A DNA stretch of 64,000 bases, from the NCBI RefSeq assembly GCF_009914755.1, contig NC_060928.1, one strand, 5' to 3'. The position numbers were made by a program, and so were the translations under genes. Under the pieces are notes generated by a model. That model had not been told where the DNA came from and made no database searches. It worked only from the letters and a program-made list of their open reading frames with translations. Shown here piece by piece: positions 29,993-41,465 of the stretch (its first letter is position 1; the number at the start of each line of letters is the position of its first letter). Origin of the DNA: the human T2T-CHM13v2.0 reference genome, Homo sapiens.

Positions 29993-30079
29993 ATTTTTTA
30001 TACTTATTTCTCCCTCCCAGCTTCATCAGTGAATATCCTGCAAAGCTCAGTCTTAAGCCTTCTGCTTTTCCTCCTGCCT

Positions 30080-30380
30080 TAGCCTCTCTGAGCCTCCATT
30101 TCCTCATCTATAAAATGGAGATTATAATATCTATCTCACTGGGTTGTCAAAAGAAATAAATAACATAAATAATCCAAATAAAGTGCTGAACACGGTGCCA
30201 TCCCAAAGTCAATGTGACTGACCATCATGATTTCCTTGAATGCCCACTCACTCTTACACTTGAATGTAAGCTCCAGGAGGGCAGGGACTTCAGTTCATTC
30301 ACTCCTGTATCTCTAGCTCATAGAATGATGCTTGGCACATAGTAGGCACTCGATAACCTTGTGACAAACTAATAAAGTAA
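30080..30380 (+). mobile_element. MIR followed by L2 3' end
   Basis: CTCTGAGCCTCCATTTCCTCATCTATAAAATGG; AATGTAAGCTCCAGGAGGGCAGGGAC..GGCACATAGTAGGCACTC. Confidence 0.85.
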
Positions 30381-31079
30381 AAAAAAAATTCAGTTAGTGA
30401 CTCAGTGCTGATGATTCCTGTATACAGCCCCTCACTTCTGACTCGATTTGGTTTTGATTTTGAAATCCATCCTAGGTGACATTAGAGTCATCATCTGCCT
30501 AAAATTTGCTTCAGTGTTTCTTTTCCTACTGATTCCTTTTTGCAAAATCCTCATTTGTATTAATTTGAAGCAGCCACTTCCCTGATATCTAACAGAAAAA
30601 ATATTGGTTCGATTCTACTTTCTCCACCCTCCATTGCTCTTCTACTGTCTTATGCACCCCATTCACCCCTCCTCTCTGGTTAGCCCTTAATCTGGCACTT
30701 TCTATCTCTCAGATCATCACTGAGGCCCCTAAATGGTTTCCTGATCTCCAATCTCGCTAAAGCATTCCACCCAATTGCCAAATAAGTCTCCAGGAATTAG
30801 GTGCCCAGTGTCACTCCTTTAAGAAGTGAGTCTCCTTTGCCTTTTAAAACAAATCCAAACCTCTGGGCCTGACAAAACTGCCCATTTAACACTCTCTCTC
30901 TCTCTCAGTATCTCTTAATGATATAATAAATTAGCTTCTTCCCACCATGTCCCTCATTTTGGTTTTGTAGTGGACAAGAGGTCACATGCAGCCATTCTAC
31001 GTAAATACATGCAAGATGTAAATGTTAAAAAGTACTCCTTGAGCTTGAACTAGGATGGCATTGAACAATGAATCATAGC

Positions 31080-31320
31080 TCATGGCTGCCATTCACTGGG
31101 CTCTGTTCTCTGCCAGGCAAGGCACTGAGTAGCACACACAGTCTGCAGTACCCCATTTAATCTTCACGAAAATCCCAAGGGGTAGGTGGTTTTATCCTCA
31201 AGTATGGGAACACTGAGGCTCAATGAGCTCAATAACATGTCTCCAAACACACAGCTATTGAAGCAGTAGAACCGCCTTCCATCCGAAGTCCTGCTGATCC
31301 CGAAGCCCGTGCTCTTCTTG
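31080..31320 (-). mobile_element. MIR
   Basis: TGCCAGGCAAGGCACTGAG..CATTTAATCTTCAC..ACTGAGGCTCA. Confidence 0.75.
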
Positions 31321-31373
31321 ACCAGCCTGAACACTGAAGCTGAACTCAGCGGCTCTGGGGCCCAGAATGGAGA
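31213..31373 (+). repeat. Dispersed duplication B, copy 1 (probable donor; pair at 33706-33863)
   Basis: Roughly 80% identical by eye, including non-MIR flank CAGCCTGAACAC..GCTGAACTCAG..CCCAG.ATGGAGA. Confidence 0.85.
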
Positions 31374-32109
31374 CCAGCAAAATGAAGACTAAATTAATTG
31401 AGTAAAAGAGAAAAAGAGCAAGAAGAAAACCATAAGTCAGAGATAAACATCTGGTACAAAACCAGTGAAGAGTGGAAGAGTTAGAGAGAGAATTCATTGG
31501 AGAATGTGAGAAATGAATACATAAGTGAATTCGAAGAGAAAAAAGCTATAGTAGCTGGGAGAAAATCAGGACACCCACAAATGCAAAAGAAAACAAAGGT
31601 TATCATTTTAGATGTTGAGCAGCACAGAAAACCTGCGAGAGTGACGTGGCTTCTCCAAAGACAAAAAGAAGTGAGTGAAGAAGAAGGTGGAGAGACAGAC
31701 CTAAAGGTGAACACAGGCTGAGATGCTGTGGGAGATTCAGCCACGCTGAAGTTTCCCTAAGACTCGCCTCCGCCACGGAGGTTGTCCTGCTCTCACCCCT
31801 GCATGTGGATGAACCCAGGAGAACACAAATGAATCTCCAGGTACAAAATAGCCACTCAACAAACACTCCCTGCACTGCGAGCGAGAACTCTCGCGGGTTG
31901 CTTCAAAGGGATTGATTATGTGGATCCTGGTCACTTTTGAGAAAAGAAGGCCATGAGAGATAAGTCAGGACTGCTGTCCACTGGTCTAAAGAAATTGTCA
32001 ATTATGAATAAGCTGGTACCCAAGACCCAATGCTCCAACTCCTAAACACACCCTTTCCTGGAGAAGCATCAGGAAGGTTTCCCTCATGCCTGCCTTTCTG
32101 CCTCCCCTA

Positions 32110-33325
32110 TGTGCACTCCTTCCTAACCCCTCACCCCCACCCCTTCCTGTGCTCCTCCCTACCCCCCCACCCCACCCCTTCCTGTCCTCCTCACTACTGC
32201 CTCACCCCCACCCCTTCCTGTGCTCATCCCTACCCCCTCACCCTCACCCCTGCCTGTACTTCTCCATACCCCCTCACCCCCACCCCTTCCTGTGCTCCTC
32301 CCTACCCCCTCACCCCCACCCCTTCCTACGTGCCCCCAACCCCTTCATCCCCACCCCTTCCTGTGCTCCTTCCTACTCCCTCACCCCCACCCGTCTGCGC
32401 TCCTCTCTACCCCCTCACCCCGACCTCTGCCTGTGCTCCTCCCCACCCCCTCACCCCCACCCCTGCCTGTGCTCCTCCCCACCCCCTCACCCCCACCCCT
32501 GCCTGTGCTCCTCCTACCCCCTCACCCCCACCCCTGCCTGTGCTCCTCCTACCCCCTCACCCCCACCCCTGCCTGTGCTCCTCCTACCCCCTCACCCCCA
32601 CCCCTGCCTGTGCTCCTCCCTACCCCCTCACCTCACACCCCTGCCTGCGTTCCTCTCCACCCCCTCACCTCTCACCCCTGCCTGCACTCCTCCTACCCCC
32701 TCACCCCCACTCCTGCCTGCGCTCCTCCCTCCCCCTCATCCCCACCCCTGCCTGTGCTCCTCCTACCCCCTCACCCCCACCCTTGCCTGTGCTTCTCCCT
32801 ACCCCCTCACCCCCACTCCTGCCTGCACTCCTCCTACCCCCTCAGCCCCACTCCTGCCTGTGCTCCTCCTACCCCTTCACCCCCACCCTTTCCTGCACTC
32901 CTCCTACCCCCTCACCCCCACCCCTTCCTGCGCTCCTCCCTAACCCCTCACCCCCACTCCTGCCTGCAGTCCTCCTACCCCCTCATCCCCACACCTGCCT
33001 GCACTCCTCCCCCCTTACCCCCACCCCTTCCTGCACTCCTCCTACCCCCTCACCACCCCTTCCTGTGCTTCTCCCTACCCCCTCAGCCTCACCACTGCCT
33101 GTGCTCCTCCTACCCCCTCACCTCTCACCCCTGCCTGCACTCCTCCTACCCCCTCACCTCTCACCACTGCCTGCACTCCTCCCTACCCCCTCAGCCCCAC
33201 TGCTGCCTGTGCTCCTCCTACCCCCTTACCCCTACCCCTTCCTGTGCTCCTCCTACCCCCTCACCCCCACCCCTTCCTGTGTTCCTCCCTATCCCCTCAC
33301 CCCTACCCCTGCCTGTGTTCCTCCT
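32110..33325. repeat. C-rich minisatellite, 35-36-bp unit, ~34 copies
   Basis: Unit TCACCCCCACCCCT(G/T)CCTG(T/C)(G/A)CTCCTCC(C)TACCCCC; period 35 measured at 32522/32557/32592. Confidence 0.97.
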
Positions 33326-33705
33326 CTCCTCATTTTCACATCAAAGCCCAGCTTCTCTTCAAGGTCTAACTCAGGGATTACAGCTTTCCTTGGGGCTTTT
33401 TAGAATAATCTTATTCCCCAGGCACCATCCCCTTGCTTCAAATTCTCGTATTAAGTCAACCTAAATTGTTTTCTCATTGTTACAGGCACAAACACCTTCT
33501 ATTTTGAACTTAAAACCAGGTCTTTGAATATAGAAATATTTTCTCCATCTCTTCCCTACTGTGTTTTCCTAGACATGGGCCAAAGCTGAGGTTATTTTTA
33601 TGGTATGAAGAGATGGATAAATATATAAATGCATTGAGTTAATTTATATAAAACTTTTGGATCAAGTTTGGCAGAAAATCTATATAACTGGCCCTTATTA
33701 TTTAT

Positions 33706-33863
33706 CTGAGGCTCAGAGAGCTCAATAACTTGTCCCCAAACACACAGCTACTGAAGTAGTAGAACTGGCTCCATCCCAAGTCGAGCTCATACCAAAGCCG
33801 AGGCTTTTGGTCAGCCTGAACACACTCAGGCTGAACTCAGGGGCCCGTTGCCCAGGATGGAGA
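33706..33863 (+). repeat. Dispersed duplication B, copy 2, inside a sense-strand MIR (~33650-33930)
   Basis: Host MIR reads ..TTTATCTG | insert | ATGGAGATAAAACTACCTATCCCTGGGGCTTTTGTGAAAATTTAATG. Confidence 0.8.
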
Positions 33864-35300
33864 TAAAACTACCTATCCCTGGGGCTTTTGTGAAAATTTA
33901 ATGTGATACTGCCATCACTACAGTGCCTTTCTTAGTATACAATTGATATGAAAATCATGATCAGAAAATATGATCTCGAATAATGTTTCGATGTCCATTA
34001 ATACACAGGTAATGTCTTTAAAATGTATATTACAGTTCCTCCGTGGAAGGCTTAATTTTTATGAGCTTTCCTTTCTGAAGGAAAGGAATAAAAATTTATT
34101 CACTCTGGGGTTAAATCTTGCTTATCTATTACTACAAATTATCCTTTTTCTGAAATAAATAGGAAGCAATTCAGAAGGACTTTTAGGTCACAAATTAAAG
34201 AATAAGTGAGAATTAGTTACCAAGAAAGCCTACTGAGGTCTAAACAACTTCCCCACCCCCACTCCCAAAAAACAAGTTTGCTGTGGGTAAAGAATTATTA
34301 GCCTTTGGAGATTCCTAGCAAAACTGAGCATCCACATGAGTCTCTTCATTCATAGATACCAAATCACTGTAGAGTCCAATTTTAATCTCTTCCTTTGAAA
34401 GATAAGAAGCCAGGCAAACGTTTCCTTTTATGTTTTCTTCATGATATCCCAAAGATGCAATGACAAGACAAGAAGGAGCTCCCAGTTCTTCCAGGCAAAT
34501 CGTATCCATAACTCTGGGATGTCACCTAGTCAGCTTTTTGAGAGTAGCAGCTCCAACTAAGAGGACAGTGCAATAACCCAGCACAGCTAGGCCCCTTACT
34601 CTCCATGGCCCTCTGTGGCCCTCACCAGCATCAGCAAGCCCATGGGGGGACTAGTAGGGAGGCGGTTTCATGGGCAACTGATTGTGCTGTGGTCAATCAC
34701 AGGCATCAATCCCCGCTTTCAACCCAGCTACCTCTCCAATTAATGCAACGCTGTTTAGTTAGTGCCTTGAGAGTTGGGGCTAGATGTAGCCTCAAAGAAT
34801 ATTCTATAAGCATCAAACCAAAATCTCTTCATTCCTTATCACGAGATGTTTTTGTGTGTTTGTTTTCATTTTTTAAGTTTACCCAAAAAGGAAAAGGATG
34901 GTAATAATCTCTTTCCCTCCATCACAACTTTGAGAGATGTTTATTGAAGCCAAAACTTCTCTTGACGTTTGCCAGTTGCTAAATAGGAGTTGTTTTTCCT
35001 GCCAAATATACCCTCTCTTTTTCAATGCTTATGAATAGATTATATATAAATAGGATGAGTTAATGCTGTTCATCTGATGAAAGGGATTAAAATAGATGAA
35101 TACAAAATTAAGGTAAAACAGGATGCTATTGGAGTTTGTGGGAAAACCATCAGAGAGGGCATTGGACTAGAATCCTGGGCACCAGACACTGGGGAGAAAA
35201 ACCTAACTTTATCTTGAAAGGCTAATCTTTATTAGCAAGATTAACAGGGTAGCTGCTATGTGGCTCCAAATGAAATTGCCAGGTTTAAGGGGGAAGAAAC

Positions 35301-35442
35301 TATGAATATATATATTCATAGTTTTTTGTGTTATATATATGTATATATGTATATATGAGTATATACATTACATTATATACACATATACGTATTATATGCT
35401 ATATTATATATATTATATATGTATTTATATATGTATTACACA
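35301..35442. repeat. (TA)/(TG)-rich compound microsatellite
   Basis: Direct reading. Confidence 0.9.
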
Positions 35443-35654
35443 CTGCACTGTGTGTACCTATGATGCATCCTTTAAATTGTTTAAATTGGCATCCCATTCC
35501 CATTTCAAACAGAAAATGACATTGTCATCAAGAATGTCTCAATTTTTGTGCCCAGCCTCGGTGCTAGGCCTTTATAACTCTAGCTCATTTAATCTGCACA
35601 TCTCTGAGATGCCGGTATTATTTATCACTTGGTGAGTTGCAGAAAACTGCCCAA
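35443..35654 (+). repeat. Dispersed duplication C, copy 1 (pair at 36307-36509)
   Basis: 13 substitutions plus one 9-bp indel over 203 aligned bp. Confidence 0.97.
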
Positions 35655-35912
35655 CTACTATATATGTGTATGTATGTGTGTATATATGTGTGTATATATA
35701 TGTATATGTGTGTATATATGTGTATGTGTGTATGTGTATATATGTGTATATGTATATATGTACATATATACACACATACATATATATGTACATATATACA
35801 TATATACACATGTATATAGATACACACACACGATAGCTTCCCAACTATATTTATATGTGTGTGTATGTGTGTATGTGTGTGTGTGTATATATATATATAT
35901 TTATATATATAT
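35655..35912. repeat. (TA)/(TG)/(CA) compound microsatellite
   Basis: Direct reading. Confidence 0.95.
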
Positions 35913-36306
35913 AGGGTATCCAGTTGAATTTTAATGCCAAATGAACAACAAATAATTGTTTAGTATAAGCATGTTCCAAATATTGGATGGGACATTCTTA
36001 CCTTAAAAATTATTCAGTGTTTATCTGAAATTCAAATTAACATATATTCTTCTCACAAATGTACTTTGAAAGATAAAATGGGTGTCTCCTATTTTATGTT
36101 GCAACCCTATCTCCAAAGAACTTAGGTTGCTCTGAGGAGACAAAGAGTTAAGTCCTGTTGGCAAACTCACCTAAGAGCCAGCCTCTTTATCTATGTCAGT
36201 TAGTTTGGCTGAGGATTTGCCTGATTTACAGATTCATCAGGACATAACCTTAATTTCAACATGGTTGGTGGCCATGATGTTTGTGAATTTTACAACTTCG
36301 GTATCC

Positions 36307-36509
36307 CTGCACTGTGTGTATCTATGATGCATCCTTTAAATTAGCATCCCATTCCCATTTCAAGCAGAAAATGACATTGTCATCAAGAATGTTTTGATTT
36401 TTGTGCCCAGCCTCTGTGCTAGGCCTTTATTACTCTAACTGATTTAGTCTGCAAATCTCTGAGATGCCTGTATTATTTATCACTTGGTGAGTTGCAGAAA
36501 ACTGCCCAA
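36307..36509 (+). repeat. Dispersed duplication C, copy 2 (probable donor)
   Basis: Continues seamlessly into MIR sequence GGTCACACAGCTGGTAAATAG. Confidence 0.97.
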
Positions 36510-37534
36510 GGTCACACAGCTGGTAAATAGAGGTGCCAGGATGCATACGAAGTTCTGTCTTACTGCCAAGTATATCTCCTCCTATCTCACCTTTCAAATC
36601 AGCACAACACTTTTTTTTTTCAATTGCAAATGGACGATGTGCAGAGGACTGTGTTAGAGACTGCAGCTTGATTCAGGTAATGGAGAGGAAGAAGACAAAA
36701 GACAAGGGACTTGAGTGTTGTCAAGAAGACAAGACAAATGCATTAAAGCACCATAAAGAGAAGACAGTAAAGAAGTGTCAAAGTGATTCACACTCGAAGC
36801 TAGTGCATTAGAAGAAAGTGTTCTGGGTATCAAATCAAGGCTTCTAATAATGAATATCATTTAATAAACACCTACTATATACAGGCATGAGGTAGGCATC
36901 ACAACCTTGATAGTACCAGTGAGGAAGTGAGGCAGAGGCTGAATAGCTTTCCTAGAGTTACTACGTAGTAGCGCTAGAAGATTCAAACAAAAATCCCCAG
37001 GATTCCTCTTCCATAAAGTCCATACTCTGAACCAGTAGGCTGTGAGGCTTTAATACGTATTCTTCTCGGAAATGTACTTTCAAAGCATCTCCTTTATGCC
37101 CACGAATTCGCACAGCTTTTAGCACACCTCAAAACACAATTTACCTTCATGAGCCATCATGGGGACATATAACACTCCATAGAGGCCAACGAACAAATTA
37201 TATTCATCTACACATAATCTTGATATCTGGAAGAAAAGGGTCAATGCAAAAATGATTCATTACCATAAACTCAAGAAAAGGTGACCTCACTTGTTTATTT
37301 CCATTGCAGGAACCAAAAAATAACACTTCATCAGGAGCTTTGAAGGAAGTGGAAGCAGTGAGATCCCTCACATTTTTATTCAATTCAACCACTATTTAAT
37401 GAGAATCCCACTGTACACCAGAAAAAATGGCAGCAACAGCCTAGTTTGCCTGTGTCCAAAGCTTCTACTGGTCCATGACCAGAGAAATGAAGACAAAACA
37501 GGTTGCTAATACGTAACCACTCTCCTGTCAACTA

Positions 37535-37936
37535 TGCTCTGGGTCAATCGGGTTTTTTGTTGCAAGCAACAGGATGATCTTCAGCTAACGTAAGCCCAAA
37601 CAATTGTTTACAAAGAGAAAATAAGAGGACATGTGGTAGCCAAAGAAAATACTGGAGAGTCAGGCTGCAGAAAGAACAGGAACCATAGTAGCTACAGAGA
37701 TGGAGATAACAGAAACTGATAGATCCTCTTACCAGCCACCTCCATGGAGGCATATTTTAGCTCCAATTAGAGTCAGTAGTCACATTATCTGTGAGAGAAA
37801 CTCCAATTGGCCTCATCTTTATCACACAGCCAGTTGGAGAACCAAAACTCAGGTGCTATTACCAAATGAAAAAAAAAAAAGATAAGAAAGAAAAGGAGGT
37901 AGATGCTTAGACAGACAAAAACATCATGTGCTTACA
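37535..37936 (-). mobile_element. Old MLT1 (K/L/M-like) LTR
   Basis: TTTGTTGCAAGCAACAG..CAGCTAACGTAAGC..GGTGCTATTACCAAA..GATGCTTAGACAGACAAAAAC. Confidence 0.6.
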
Positions 37937-37944
37937 AAATAATA

Positions 37945-38200
37945 TTGTGTAGTGGCTTCAGGCTCAGACTCTGAAACCAGACTTCCAGGGCTCTAATCCT
38001 GGATCTGACACTTATTACTATGTAACCTCGGATAAGTTGCTTACCCAATCTGTGCCTCTGTAAAATGGGAATGATAGTAGTATACATCTCATTAAGCTGT
38101 TGTGGAGATTAAAAGTGTTAATCAATGTGAACTCTTTAAAATAGCATCTATTATGTAGCAACCACTCCATAAATATTGGGCACCATTCTTGTCATTGATA
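37945..38200 (+). mobile_element. MIR, near full length
   Basis: TGTGTAGTGGC..GACTCTGAAACCAGAC..TGTAACCTCGGATAAGTTGCTTA..CTGTAAAATGGGAATGATAG. Confidence 0.85.
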
Positions 38201-40005
38201 TATGCATTCTCCATTGCCCACATGATTTTGCAGTTGTTACTGCAGCGTAACCTACTCTATCCTAACTATGGCATTTTACCTCCCTAACAGGTTCGTTCAT
38301 TTCAACAGACATGTACTACAAGTACCAAGATTCTAGGTTAGGAACTGAACACATAGAAAAAGACACTGTCTGAGCTTAAAATGCAGTTGAAAATGTGTAG
38401 TGTCTCAATAAAACATGGCTTTTAGTCTGCTCAATTCCACATCAAAAACAAAACCTAGAAACAGATGTCTAAGAAGCACAGTTCCTATAAAGTTCTTGGA
38501 TTTTACTGGTATCTGTCGTACAAATTTACTCCTCAAAATGTAAACAACTAGAGGCACCTATGCCTCCCTTCTGTGAAACAGCATTTATACTACATATGTG
38601 TTTAATAAATGTGCTTACTAAATGTTTAATGATAAGAACCTAAACAACTCCTCTTCCTACAGCAATATAATGGCTAATAGGCCACTGGTGGACTGAGTGG
38701 TAACAAGAAGTACAGAATCGCATCGACTAAATCCATAGGTCTCATTACCAAGAAGGGGATAAAATATTTTATAGCAAAACCAATGCACAAATACTGCCAA
38801 AAGTCACAGCCAGATACACAGATTGAACACAAAGAACAGCTGCAGTGAAAATTTTATGCTCTTTATTACATGACTTCTCTAAGGACCTGATTTTAAATTC
38901 AGTCACTGATTTCCTCATTTGTCAGCATGAATCGCCACAGCTGACCACAGAAGCTAGTTGATGAATAGGACTTTTGCTATTAAAAATTATTCACTAAAGC
39001 CATAGTTTCCGGTTTAATAAAATATATATATATATTAACATCACAATGTTAAAAGTCTATGTCTTGTGCATGAGCCTTACTGCCTAAGCAAGTGTGACTT
39101 AGGAACCTACTTACAGAAGTCAATATATGGGCTTTTTTAAGGTTGCAGAATGCCCTGGAGCAGTAATTTGCTAAATAAAGTATCTTCCAGGGGCTAAAAT
39201 GGTTAAGCGTCTCGTGCAGCCCTGCTGGGATTAAAGAGCTAGCTCACTCCTTGGAGTCTAAAAATTGTGAGCTACCTCAGTCTTTCTTCTCCAAATAAGT
39301 CAAAATATTTAAATGATCATATGGGCATGGATTGGTATCCAATCAAATCTCTGTGGCACCGAGCATAACAAACTAAGGACTAATTCATACCACCCCTAAC
39401 ACATAAACGACTACAGTCTTGGGGACCATCTAGGGAAGCATGTCACTCATCTATTTAGAGCCTTCAGAAAAGACCCATCTCAAATCGAAATATGAATAAT
39501 GTTACCAGAACCAAGGTCCAGGCTAGAAAGCACCATTTTCAGAAATATAAAATGTTCGTATGTATATTCATTGTATATTAATCAACTTCATCTATAAGAA
39601 TTATGTGGCTGAGATCATAGTCTGCATCAGAAATCACATGGGTTTTTGTTTGTGATGTGCAAATTAAACATTTCCATATTTGCAATTTAAGCTTTTACTT
39701 AATTCATCATTTCCAATCTGCTGAGGGTCCCATGCCTTGGGGCTTTCTTAAAGGTCAGGTCTGATTAGGTGGGAACAGCAAGAAGCAAAATTGAGGACTC
39801 TGGCTTTCCTGCCTTCGTTATCTACTCCAGTGTCCTTTACAGAAACCGTTTACATTCATTATTTGTGTCTTCCTCACATTTTGTTCAATTTGCCACATTT
39901 TTATATATAAGACCTCATTAACTAAAAATCAGGCAAAACGAATTTACTACTGCTTTTATGGGTTTTTTTTCCTCCTTTAAGCAATGGTATTTTTCTATAC
40001 AATAG

Positions 40006-40007
<2 letters not shown>

Positions 40008-40050
<43 letters not shown>
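40008..40050. repeat. Pure poly-T (43 nt), no attached retroelement
   Basis: Direct count. Confidence 0.95.
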
Positions 40051-40053
<3 letters not shown>

Positions 40054-40285
40054 TAAGTTAAAAACTTACATGATATAGGCATATTGGCATATATATGTGC
40101 CCGGAAGATGAAGCATTGGATAAGCATATATCAAAATACACGGCTGTGTAAAAATAAGTATGTTAGACACTCAGGTAGATAACTATAAATGGATAATATC
40201 AATTTCCACTTAGATAAACTTTTTCACCTTTGGCAGTAAGCTGACTTGTAATTAAATTGTAATTAAATTGGCCCATCAGTTTATA

Positions 40286-40802
40286 TGTGACAGAGAACAT
40301 CTACCTAGTATTTATTAGGTAAATTGCCTCCCTCATATTCACTCCCCTTATCCTTAATAGTAAAGCCCCAATTTCATTTGGATCACCAACGTACCCAGTT
40401 GATTTGACATTTTGTAGCTTCCCTTGCAGCTAGGTATGCAGAGTCAACTTCTGGCCAATGAAATGCAAGCAGAGGTCATTGACTAACATGTCCAAGAAAC
40501 TCCTTAAAAGATGACGAAGACTAGAACTCACCCCTTTCTGCCCCTTGCTCTTCCTCTTCCTGTCTGAAACATAGGAACAGTGGCTGGAGATTCTGCAAAT
40601 ATCTTTTATCTTGAAGATAAAAGCTCAGATACTACAGATGAGAGAGCAGAAGGATGGAAAAGGCCTAAGTCTTTAATAAACTTTTGGAGCTACCACACTA
40701 GTATTTCTGGTCTTTATTCATAAAGAGAAGGAAAAAAAAAATCCCTAATTTGTTTAAGCCAAAATGTATTTGCTACCAAATTCAGCATGTATAAAGGATA
40801 CC
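40286..40802 (+). mobile_element. MLT1J-like LTR
   Basis: AGCTTCCCTTGCAGCTAGG..TTCTGGCCAATGAAATGCAAGCAGA..TTGTTTAAGCC. Confidence 0.8.
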
Positions 40803-41369
40803 ATATTAAAAGTCAAAATAATCATGTATGAGCCCATTAATAGTGAATAAATAAATACAATTCAGATTTTACCTTAACACTAGTAGATATTTTTTCAATC
40901 TTCATCGTAAAAAGAAGCACAGGTTCTTTTTAGACCCCATGATTTGGAAGGATTTTATCTGGCAAAACCATCCAAGTCCAGGGTTAATGAGGTTCATGTT
41001 GATGAGAATTGAACTCTAGCTGTTAAGTAAATAATAACACCAGTAGTGATTTACAGCCTTTCATCCCTAAAATTTGTGGCAAATTGCAAATAGCCCTATG
41101 GGGTAGGTAAAATTACTGACATAATTTTATTGACAGAGAAACTGAGTCATCAAGTCATTAAATAGCCTGCGGTCTATTTAGTGAATACCCACATCAGTTG
41201 AGAGCGGTTACGGTCAGCTGTTAAGGCCATCAGAATATTCTTTGAGGGTCAGCATTTAAATAAATGTTTAAAATGCACCCCCACACCTATTGCCAAAAAA
41301 AAAAAAAAAAGAGTACGTGCATGTGGATTTTTTTAATGTTTGAAACTTTTTAATGTACTGTTACTTTTT

Positions 41370-41465
41370 AAGTTTTATTTTATTTTTAATTGACTAACAA
41401 TCATTATCTACATTTATGGGGTAGAATGTCCTGTTTCCATACTTGTATACATTGTAGGATGACCA
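41370..41465 (-). mobile_element. L1MA-type 3' end
   Basis: TTTTTAATTGACTAACAATCATTATCTACATTTATGGGGTAGAATGT. Confidence 0.7.

Larger units (their letters stand above)
35273..36109. mobile_element. MER53 (palindromic hAT MITE) expanded by microsatellite and an insertion
   Basis: 35912-36109 matches MER53 (TTTAGTATAAGCATGTTCCAAATATTGGATGGGACA..TTTATCTGAAATTCAAATT..GCAACCCTA); probable other end TTGCCAGGTTTA at ~35276. Confidence 0.7.

Noticed and set aside
32030-33464. Three overlapping Pro-rich ORFs (457, 285 and 414 aa)
   Set aside because: They are translations of the C-rich minisatellite, whose plus strand almost lacks stop codons in all frames; no domain or splice evidence.
35328-35934. 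Several Y/I/C/V/H-rich ORFs
   Set aside because: Translations of (TA)/(TG) microsatellite.
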